Virus record (IMG/VR): IMGVR_UViG_3300030329_001671
Coordinates: 1-64,000 of that record
Length of the DNA: 64,000 bases
Source of the DNA: a virus
Strand: one strand, 5' to 3'
The position numbers and the translations under genes were made by a program. Positions 57,017-64,000 of this stretch are shown here, in pieces; position 1 is the stretch's first letter; the number at the start of each line of letters is the position of its first letter. Below the pieces are notes generated by a model. The model was not told the origin of the DNA and did not search any database. It was given only the letters and a program-made list of their open reading frames with translations.

Positions 57017-57067
57017 TACAGATAATGAGTTTACAGTTACAGATGAAGAATATGAAATAAATAAAGT

Positions 57068-57097
57068 AACGCCATAGTTTGATATGGCGTTTTTTGT
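57068..57097 (+). terminator. Rho-independent terminator
   Basis: AACGCCATA-GTTTGA-TATGGCGTT followed by T-run. Confidence 0.7.
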
Positions 57098-57110
57098 TGG
57101 GAGAATATAG

Positions 57111-57425
57111 GTGGCAATAGACGCTTTAATATCTTCCGTGTTTTCTACTTATGGTGTATCGGGAGTGTTAACTTTAGTATCAGTTTATCTGGTGACTAAA
57201 TTATATTATTTGGAACGAAGGTACACTAAATTGGAGATGGACTTGAACGACATACAAAAATCAGTCGAACTTCATATGAATGACACTAGAGCTCATATGA
57301 TGGCAAGAGCCAAAGAGGTAGATTCTAACATGAAAGCGTTAGATAATAAATTAGATTCTTTGGTGAATTGGGCAATATCCACACGGCAAGGGGATGTTGG
57401 GTGGCTTCAAAAGAGGGGTAAATAA
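57111..57425 (+). CDS. Holin-like protein (N-terminal TM + coiled coil)
   Basis: YGVSGVLTLVSVYLV TM segment, then coiled coil. Confidence 0.4.
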   Translation: MAIDALISSVFSTYGVSGVLTLVSVYLVTKLYYLERRYTKLEMDLNDIQKSVELHMNDTRAHMMARAKEVDSNMKALDNKLDSLVNWAISTRQGDVGWLQKRGK

Positions 57426-57616
57426 TGATTGCCCTAAGAGTTTTAGGACCAAAACGAGCTTGTAAATATTCCTTTGCTGCTACGGTGTCCTTACTCTTTT
57501 TATTATTGGTTAGTTTATCGTCATCAGCAAAAGGCGCAGTTGAGGTCTATTCTGAGGCAATTGATGATATAATAGAAGTAGAGGCAAAAATGTCTCCCAC
57601 AAATAGCGAGGATTAG
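57425..57616 (+). CDS. Small signal-peptide/membrane protein
   Basis: Hydrophobic stretch; TAATG coupling. Confidence 0.4.
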   Translation: MIALRVLGPKRACKYSFAATVSLLFLLLVSLSSSAKGAVEVYSEAIDDIIEVEAKMSPTNSED

Positions 57617-57624
57617 ATAGGAAA

Positions 57625-58602
57625 ATGGGAAATTTTACCACTGAGACACAAATTTTAGATACTTTAGTAAGGTCGCAATCAGATAACCTAGTAGATTTCT
57701 CTGTAAAGGAAAGTGTTCATGCTTGGAATCGCATAATTCCAGTCAGTGGAACCTTGTCTACTGCCGAAACTCCTCAAGATTTATATAACATCGGAGATGA
57801 GAACGCAAATCGTCCGGCTGCCGTAAACCTATTTACAAATCCTAGCTTTGAAAACTCCACCACAGGTGTAACCAATGATGGAGCCGCAGCCACTAGAGTT
57901 ACTACAACTCCCCGACTAGGGACTTATTCCCTTCAAGTAAATCCGGCTAACTCAGCAGCCCTTGAAGGCTGTTATGCCACCGTAAATAATATAGGTGGGT
58001 TAGATACTTATTTGATTGCCTCTATATATGTTCGTGATGCCTCCGATGCAGATGCCACAGTAATTTTAAAAATTAAAGACAGCGATGGTACTGACTTAGC
58101 TACCTCTGGGGCAGTCAACGTAACAGATTCTTATCAACGTCTAGAGGTTAGGTATGCCCTACCTGCTGCCTCTGCGTCGTATCGAATTTGGTTTGGAACC
58201 TCCTTACAACACAATACAGACACATTTTGGGATAGTTTACAGATAGAGCATCGTCAGGACGGTATGGCTACAGAGTTTATTGACGCAGTAAACCAAGCAA
58301 ACTGTTCTTGGCAAGGAACTGCTGACGCATCATACAGTCAGAGAATATCCCCACTTACGGTCATTAAAGGATTCAGACTCAATTTCTCTCATGATACCTT
58401 GATAGCATTTGATACCACAGCCGATGTAAAGGCTGTAGCAGCAGCTAGCAGGGAACGAAGCCATCTAATTGATGTCTCTGTTTCGGCAATATGGGAACCT
58501 AGTTGGCCTTTAGATATAAGACAAAATATTTCATTCACTAATGGAGCAGGTTCCGAAACTCCCACGGTATCCGGGACGCTGTTCGGAAGAAGTTCCGTCT
58601 AG
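57625..58602 (+). CDS. Virion protein with carbohydrate-binding-like jelly-roll domain
   Basis: NLFTNPSFE...ASIYVR...WDSLQIE pattern. Confidence 0.55.
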   Translation: MGNFTTETQILDTLVRSQSDNLVDFSVKESVHAWNRIIPVSGTLSTAETPQDLYNIGDENANRPAAVNLFTNPSFENSTTGVTNDGAAATRVTTTPRLGTYSLQVNPANSAALEGCYATVNNIGGLDTYLIASIYVRDASDADATVILKIKDSDGTDLATSGAVNVTDSYQRLEVRYALPAASASYRIWFGTSLQHNTDTFWDSLQIEHRQDGMATEFIDAVNQANCSWQGTADASYSQRISPLTVIKGFRLNFSHDTLIAFDTTADVKAVAAASRERSHLIDVSVSAIWEPSWPLDIRQNISFTNGAGSETPTVSGTLFGRSSV

Positions 58603-58783
58603 CCGTGAAGTTGTTTAAAAAATTATTAAGTTTTAGACATAAACATACACCTGTTATGCAGTTATCTAACTTTAAGGGAAGAAACCCTAGAGTACAGGTT
58701 ATTTGTGATTCTTGTGAACAACCAACAAGTCTTAAAACAACCAAGGAACGGTTTTTTCCTCCAAGCATTTAAAGGATAAGAAT

Positions 58784-59311
58784 ATGAAATTATTCCAATC
58801 CTACAGAGTTGTTCCGTGGGAACCTGAAATAATAGCAGTAGATGATTTAGATGATGCTGTCCAATTGATTCACGCTAACCAAGAAGTTGATGATGAGTTG
58901 TTCTATAATACTAAAGATGCTATTGAGTTAGGTGTGGAGGAGCTATACGATTCCGAAGTTGACCTAGAAATGTCGGAACATATAGTAGTAACTCAGGATA
59001 GTTTACAAGCTGTACACCGATATATCTATCCCCAAACTCGTATCCCGAACCAATTTAGAGGAATTCCGATTATAATAAATAATCATCTTACTCCAGAACC
59101 AACTATTTTATCTAAACTTCTAACTAGGTTTGAGTCTGAGGCTAGAATAGCGTCTATTAGAGATTTAGAAGATTGGTATTGGGATTTCGGAACTATCAGT
59201 CCTTTCGCAGTCGGCAATAACGTAATCGGTGGTATAATACTATCAGCGGTGTCTTGTTTTTTGCAGGGTAATTATTTAGTTGAAGTCACAGAAGGAGTTC
59301 ATTATGACTAG
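58784..59311 (+). CDS. Degenerate Fic/Doc-like protein
   Basis: H......QFRG..I.I..H..PEP and F.TISPFAVGNNVIG versus canonical HPFxDGNGR. Confidence 0.5.
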   Translation: MKLFQSYRVVPWEPEIIAVDDLDDAVQLIHANQEVDDELFYNTKDAIELGVEELYDSEVDLEMSEHIVVTQDSLQAVHRYIYPQTRIPNQFRGIPIIINNHLTPEPTILSKLLTRFESEARIASIRDLEDWYWDFGTISPFAVGNNVIGGIILSAVSCFLQGNYLVEVTEGVHYD

Positions 59312-59510
59312 TTTAGCTATGGAAGAAGAACAGAGTTGTTCAACGTGTGGAACGGAGTTAGGTAAATATGAGTTAAATATATGCGATGTGTGTAAAACTT
59401 GTCCATTCTGTAGTAGTTCTTTTACGGTTACCCACTTGAATGGAATTGTAGTTGAGCGTAGGTGTCATAAATGTAATGCTTATACAGAAACTTATTTGGA
59501 TCCAATCTAA
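59304..59510 (+). CDS. Small zinc-ribbon protein
   Basis: Four CxxC pairs; AAGGAG RBS. Confidence 0.55.
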   Translation: MTSLAMEEEQSCSTCGTELGKYELNICDVCKTCPFCSSSFTVTHLNGIVVERRCHKCNAYTETYLDPI

Positions 59511-59513
59511 CAA

Positions 59514-59723
59514 ATGCAAAAAATAGAAAACGCTGTTAACGTGTCCGTTTTGGAGGCACGAGAAATCATTAGTCGATTAGAGGAATGTGTGGCTGATGTG
59601 AAAATGGGAGTTCCGATTACAGAATGCGATCTGGATTTACATTTAGACAGGTTGATGAAGGTAGTAGATAGGGTTTTCAGTAAGGATCAACCTCATATTC
59701 CAACCCCGGAAGTCCCTTTTTAG
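59514..59723 (+). CDS. Hypothetical protein
   Basis: ORF in the gene run. Confidence 0.5.
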   Translation: MQKIENAVNVSVLEAREIISRLEECVADVKMGVPITECDLDLHLDRLMKVVDRVFSKDQPHIPTPEVPF

Positions 59724-59724
59724 A

Positions 59725-60117
59725 ATGGTTATGGAGATAACAGGACTTATGGAGAGTATAAGTAAGCTTTATGTCGATGTAGATGAAACGTTGATATTTT
59801 GGCCTAATCCGGATAAACCATACGTTGGAGAATACACTGTCAACAAGGATTTGGTGGATGTTTTACATAAAGTATTAGAAAAGAATTTATACGATGTGTA
59901 CATTTGGTCGGGTGGTGGTAAAGTTCATGCAGAGTCGATTAGTAGAAAACTTTTTGGGAACTACGACTTGCCATCTTATGGTAAATTTCAAATTTGGTGG
60001 ACACATATCACGGAAGAAGATTTTGCCATAGATAACAGAAGGCAGGAAGAAAGACGTTACTTAGAAAAATTTAAAAAGGTGTTCTCGCCTAGCGAATTTA
60101 TACAGGAGTACAAATGA
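59725..60117 (+). CDS. HAD-superfamily hydrolase
   Basis: YVDVDETL, IWSGGG, AIDN. Confidence 0.7.
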   Translation: MVMEITGLMESISKLYVDVDETLIFWPNPDKPYVGEYTVNKDLVDVLHKVLEKNLYDVYIWSGGGKVHAESISRKLFGNYDLPSYGKFQIWWTHITEEDFAIDNRRQEERRYLEKFKKVFSPSEFIQEYK

Positions 60118-60449
60118 TTTCGGTATCAAATGAAACATTCGACAAACTTGTTTTGGAAGCCAGTGAAAAACGACCAATTGTGTTAGATATGTGGGCAGAA
60201 TGGTGCGGCCCGTGTAAAGTATTTTCCCCAACGTATGAAAAAGTCTCTGAAGACTATTCCGATTCTATGGATTTTTATAAGTTGAATATAGATGAAAATC
60301 CAGAGTTAGCAGATAAATACGGTATAAAGAGCATACCCACAGTACTGGTGTTTAATAACTCCGAACCAATAGATCAAGTTGTGGGGATTATTCCAGAAGA
60401 TAAATTGCGCTATGAATTAGAGTATGTTTTGTCTATTACGCAAAATTAA
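60114..60449 (+). CDS. trxA: Thioredoxin
   Basis: WAEWCGPCK, SIPT. Confidence 0.93.
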   Translation: MISVSNETFDKLVLEASEKRPIVLDMWAEWCGPCKVFSPTYEKVSEDYSDSMDFYKLNIDENPELADKYGIKSIPTVLVFNNSEPIDQVVGIIPEDKLRYELEYVLSITQN

Positions 60450-60507
60450 CCGTATAATAAAGTAGGGAGTTTTATAACTTCCTTTATATAGTAAACAAGG
60501 GGTATTA

Positions 60508-61632
60508 ATGAAACTACGTAACTTTTTAGGGGCTGTGAAAGACTTGATTCTGATGCCCTTTAAGAAAACTCCTGTTAGAAAATTAGGAACACTTCTACTT
60601 TGGACACCAAAAAAGATTGGATGGGTTCTTAGGAAAATACTCCATGGTATTGTAATAGGTCCTAGTTACGTATTTAGAGCGATTATAAAATCCCCTAAGA
60701 AAGCGTTTAGAAAAGCTATGATTATTAGAGATTGGATGTTGGAAAAGATAGATTACCTAGAAGCGGAGTCGGCCAAGTGGAAGCGTACATTCCAGATTAT
60801 AAAGTCTCCATACAGTTTACTACTAAAGATGGGATTCTCACCCCAGTATGCGATTGGTTTAATAGCTGTAGGTACGACTGCTACTACTGGTGTTGTGGCA
60901 AACGAAGCTATGAAGCCACCGTCTTTCGCAGCAGGAGACCCCGGCATTTATAATGCACCGACAGACTCACCTATATTTAGTGCTAAAGAATTTAATACGT
61001 TGCGCCTAGATTTGGGTACAACTCCTATTGGGTTAGTTGAAATCTCAGATATTACTGTAGGTACGGCATATAGTAACTCTGCTTTGCCTCAAGGTGAAAC
61101 AAAGCCTGTAATCGTTGGTGGTTTGCCGGCGGTTTCCGATCCTGCCTTTGCGGAAACGTTCCTTGAGGTTGGACACATGACTGTGGAGAAGTGGAGGTGT
61201 GACCAACTGTTGCTAACTAATATTGAGGCTCATGATCTCATAGTCAGGGATAATGCTTCAGATGGGCAATCAATCTCTGCAACTGCGGGTACTCCAAGAG
61301 ACCGGGGTATTTCTGGTGGTAACAGAGCAGCGGATATGTACACAAGCGGTGGCTACTATGACCAAGTGAAAATCACAGCAGCAACCACAAACGTAAACGG
61401 AAAGATCGACAGACTAGTTCTAAACAACCTCTACACGAAAGGTGGGGCTTGTGTTCTCGACAGAATCAAGGCGGGTACACTGGAAATAATTTTGAATGAG
61501 GTTGGACTTGGTAATGGTTTTGCGACTAAGGAATTCCAAATAGCTACTAGCGTTGTATACAAAAACTTCACAAACGAAGACAACGTAGAAGTTTCTATTG
61601 CATCCGCTCCTGCCGCAGCGGGACCAAGCTAG
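60508..61632 (+). CDS. Hypothetical membrane-anchored protein
   Basis: Basic amphipathic N-terminus, TM segment, beta-rich C-terminus; GTATAATA at 60452. Confidence 0.6.
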   Translation: MKLRNFLGAVKDLILMPFKKTPVRKLGTLLLWTPKKIGWVLRKILHGIVIGPSYVFRAIIKSPKKAFRKAMIIRDWMLEKIDYLEAESAKWKRTFQIIKSPYSLLLKMGFSPQYAIGLIAVGTTATTGVVANEAMKPPSFAAGDPGIYNAPTDSPIFSAKEFNTLRLDLGTTPIGLVEISDITVGTAYSNSALPQGETKPVIVGGLPAVSDPAFAETFLEVGHMTVEKWRCDQLLLTNIEAHDLIVRDNASDGQSISATAGTPRDRGISGGNRAADMYTSGGYYDQVKITAATTNVNGKIDRLVLNNLYTKGGACVLDRIKAGTLEIILNEVGLGNGFATKEFQIATSVVYKNFTNEDNVEVSIASAPAAAGPS

Positions 61633-61853
61633 TGGGCGATTTCCGTATAATATCTGAAGACGTAATTGTTGCCTCAAACAAAGCTTCGTATGACTTTTTA
61701 AAGTCTAACTATCCTAGTCTAAGCACGACTGAATCTGTAGTTAAATCCCAAGTTAATGAACTTCTAGAGGGGTATGTTATCCCGCCCGAAGATAAAGAAA
61801 GTATGGTATCATCTATACAACGTAATGGAATGAGTATCCGATATACAGCGTAA
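61632..61853 (+). CDS. Hypothetical protein
   Basis: Coupled ORF. Confidence 0.45.
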   Translation: MGDFRIISEDVIVASNKASYDFLKSNYPSLSTTESVVKSQVNELLEGYVIPPEDKESMVSSIQRNGMSIRYTA

Positions 61854-61863
61854 GGAGATAGGT

Positions 61864-62154
61864 ATGGATTGTTATATGTGGGTGGAAGCATCAACTGGAG
61901 ATAGTCTGATGATTCCCTACAATGATGCGTCTGAGACATTTTTAAATGCTCAGTTTTCAAGTTTGGTGGAGAAACCAAATAACTCTTTTGTCAAAACTCA
62001 TAAGGCGTATGTACTTCCGTCATCAGGTTCGGATTTAACTAAATTTAATAGCCTTTTAGATGCTAATTGTAGCCACACTGTTATTACTCACGACACTTGT
62101 GACGAAGATCCCGACTGTGATTCCAAGATACGACTTATACCTCAGGCATCTTAA
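61864..62154 (+). CDS. Hypothetical protein
   Basis: AAGGAG RBS. Confidence 0.55.
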   Translation: MDCYMWVEASTGDSLMIPYNDASETFLNAQFSSLVEKPNNSFVKTHKAYVLPSSGSDLTKFNSLLDANCSHTVITHDTCDEDPDCDSKIRLIPQAS

Positions 62155-62427
62155 GTATGAAATTATCTCAAGACGTATTTGTAGTAGGTAGTAACTCAAA
62201 GTTCCCTCAGTGTTCAGTAAAGAAGTGTTTTTATACTGTTGCGAAAGACGGGTTATGTAAGAAGCATTTAGAAAGGATAGATAGGTGACATCAGACTCCT
62301 ATTGGAACGACCATTTTGATGAGTGTCCCGCCGGGGCAGAAGAAAAAGATTGGGTAGAGAATCCAGTCTGTAGATGTGATTCTATAATGAAGACTCTAGA
62401 AGCTTTAGATACAGTAGAGGAGTATTA

Positions 62428-62757
62428 ATGACTAGGAATACACATACAATAATTCGTAATATCGGCGGGAAGTATGTAAGAAAGATAGTACCGGCTGACC
62501 CGGAATCTATCCCAATATCCCATCACATTAACCTAGCTAAAGAGATGCTTGCTGAAAACATAGCTACAGTACCACCCCACGGTTGCAAGAGAGAAAGAGT
62601 ATTAGATGTACTCAATAAAGTAGACTTATCGAATGTAGGTAGATTAGACCCATTTGTAGAAGCCTTACAGGCCATAGTGGTACTTAGTAATGATGATGAA
62701 GTAGTAATATTAGCAGACAGAGCTCTAGAGGTGTATTATGACCAGTATAAGTCTTAA
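62428..62757 (+). CDS. Hypothetical protein
   Basis: GAGGAG RBS. Confidence 0.55.
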   Translation: MTRNTHTIIRNIGGKYVRKIVPADPESIPISHHINLAKEMLAENIATVPPHGCKRERVLDVLNKVDLSNVGRLDPFVEALQAIVVLSNDDEVVILADRALEVYYDQYKS

Positions 62758-63022
62758 AGACGTAGTAGATGACATTATAGAAGGAAACGGCAGGAGTAAA
62801 GAAGGGGGAGAGACTATAACTCATATAATTGAGTACCATAACATCTTCGACCGCTCCCCTACGTGGAAACTATGCCGGGATGAAAAAGAATATAAGCATG
62901 CTATGGAAACTGGAGCATTCATCAACCCTAGACTAATCTGGCAGAGAGAAGAAACAAGTGACGAGGACGACTCCTCCCCCACTATCCCAGATGATGATGT
63001 GCTTGAGTTTCATTTAAGGTAA
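62738..63022 (+). CDS. Hypothetical protein
   Basis: GAGGTG RBS. Confidence 0.5.
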   Translation: MTSISLKDVVDDIIEGNGRSKEGGETITHIIEYHNIFDRSPTWKLCRDEKEYKHAMETGAFINPRLIWQREETSDEDDSSPTIPDDDVLEFHLR

Positions 63023-63045
63023 GTAATGTATCAAAAGGAAGACTA

Positions 63046-63282
63046 ATGCAATCAGAACACAGAAGATGGATGACAGAACGAAGTTACACAGACAAAGTAG
63101 ACGATGCTTTAATTGAGTTAGAATTCTTAGCGAAACGTATAAATAGGATAGAGCGCAAGATAAGTAAGATGAATAAAGATTTCTTCAGAGTAACCAAAGC
63201 CCGCTCGAAGAAAAAGAAGGGACAACAGAACAAGTACGTAAGAAAACAATTAGTAGGTGTACTAGACGAAAAGGAAACATAA
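63046..63282 (+). CDS. Hypothetical basic coiled-coil protein
   Basis: AAGGA RBS. Confidence 0.5.
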   Translation: MQSEHRRWMTERSYTDKVDDALIELEFLAKRINRIERKISKMNKDFFRVTKARSKKKKGQQNKYVRKQLVGVLDEKET

Positions 63283-63467
63283 TGTCCTTATACAACATAG
63301 ACCAAACAAATAACCCATGTGTAGTATGCGGAAAACCCTCAACAATAATACAGACTGAAACTCACTACTGCTCCCCCTGCTACTACCAAAGATACATAAA
63401 AACAATACATAATTATACCGACCAAGGACTCAATACTGACCTATGTCAAGACTTCGGAACTAAGTAA
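63282..63467 (+). CDS. Small zinc-finger protein
   Basis: CVVC...YCSPCY; TAATG coupling. Confidence 0.5.
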   Translation: MSLYNIDQTNNPCVVCGKPSTIIQTETHYCSPCYYQRYIKTIHNYTDQGLNTDLCQDFGTK

Positions 63468-63720
63468 AATTAGTAAATCTCTAAAATAATAAGAAATAAC
63501 CTCATATAGTATAATAGAAAGTACAGTCACCGTGTAATAATAAGCCTGTTTTACGATGGAACATAAGTATTTTACGATAAATATATTTCAAAATATTTCA
63601 AATCAGTTCAAATTAGTGTTTTCATGGCCATATTTTCGGCTGAATGTCAAATCCAAAACTATCTTATATAATTATATGGTGAGTTCAAATCATAAGGTTT
63701 TGCCCCTAGGGAAACATAAA

Positions 63721-63992
63721 AAGGGAATTGGGAATCCGGGGAATCGGGAATTCGGGGAAACACTGGGGAATCGGCAATTACGGGGAATCGGGAATGCAGG
63801 GAATCGGGAATGTGTGGGCAATGCGGGAATACGCAGGGGAATAGGGGAATACGGGAATGTACAGGCAATGTAGGGAATACGGGAATATATAGGGAATCTG
63901 GGAATTGGGGGAATTAGAACATACGTTCTAAAGGAATTCGTAAATTAGGGAATTAGGGAATGTAGGAATTCGTAAATTAAATTAAGGAATTC
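63721..63992 (+). repeat. Irregular tandem array of about 20 GGGAAT units plus variants
   Basis: Directly visible; spacers of 1-6 nt; strongly G-rich + strand. Confidence 0.9.
63915..63930. promoter_or_regulatory. Gram-positive/Chloroflexi-type LexA (SOS) box
   Basis: TAGAAC-ATAC-GTTCTA perfect palindrome matching GAAC-N4-GTTC. Confidence 0.55.
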
Positions 63993-64000
63993 GACGACTT

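Noticed and set aside
509-63868. Numerous minus-strand ORFs of 60-167 aa (e.g. 10956..11453, 19417..19920, 43557..44024)
   Set aside because: They lie antisense to well-supported + strand genes or repeats and show no recognisable motifs; treated as shadow ORFs.
63556-63873. 105-aa ORF with GNRE/GIGN repeats
   Set aside because: It is the translation of the GGGAAT DNA repeat and has no RBS; likely non-coding.
63721-63992. Possible CRISPR array
   Set aside because: Units are 6 nt with 1-6 nt spacers; there is no 25-40 nt repeat-spacer periodicity.
1-64000. Stop-codon reassignment or introns/inteins in polA, nrdJ, terL, dnaB
   Set aside because: Genes are intact and densely packed under code 11 with all three stops used; no intein or intron signatures were seen.

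Overview
This 64 kb window is almost entirely + strand and looks like part of a tailed dsDNA phage (siphovirus-like; no sheath, integrase or CRISPR seen). Bacterial SD sites, PolA, a sigma factor, tmRNA and an fMet-type tRNA indicate a bacterial host. The NadA type and a GAAC-N4-GTTC box hint at Chloroflexota or a Gram-positive host (inference). Module order: tail-fibre-like paralogs and neck (1-3.7 kb); a large kinase plus ADP-ribosyltransferase protein; tail (tube, frameshifted chaperone, three short tape-measure-like paralogs, hub with S74 chaperone; 8-17 kb); accessory genes and RNAs (dual-frame C5 methyltransferase, nadA, tRNA, GroES, Hsp20, an unknown structured RNA, a 140-nt mini-tmRNA; 17-23 kb); replication and recombination (23-37 kb); packaging and head (TerS, TerL, class II RNR, portal, enzyme-cargo proteins, ClpP, prohead protease, scaffold, MCP; 37-57 kb); small genes; and a GGGAAT repeat tract at the right end. 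Two candidates for a new system stand out. (1) A set of probable virion-packaged effector polyproteins (Nudix, PAP2, two ARTs, kinase, GNAT) sharing an N-terminal FKxFLxK signal, a repeated RVYLKPG...GPxGGxYYD module and hydrophobic-x-K putative cleavage sites. (2) An ncRNA cluster with a minimal tmRNA whose putative tag lacks the Ala-Ala degron. All family calls come from motif recognition by eye; no searches were run.
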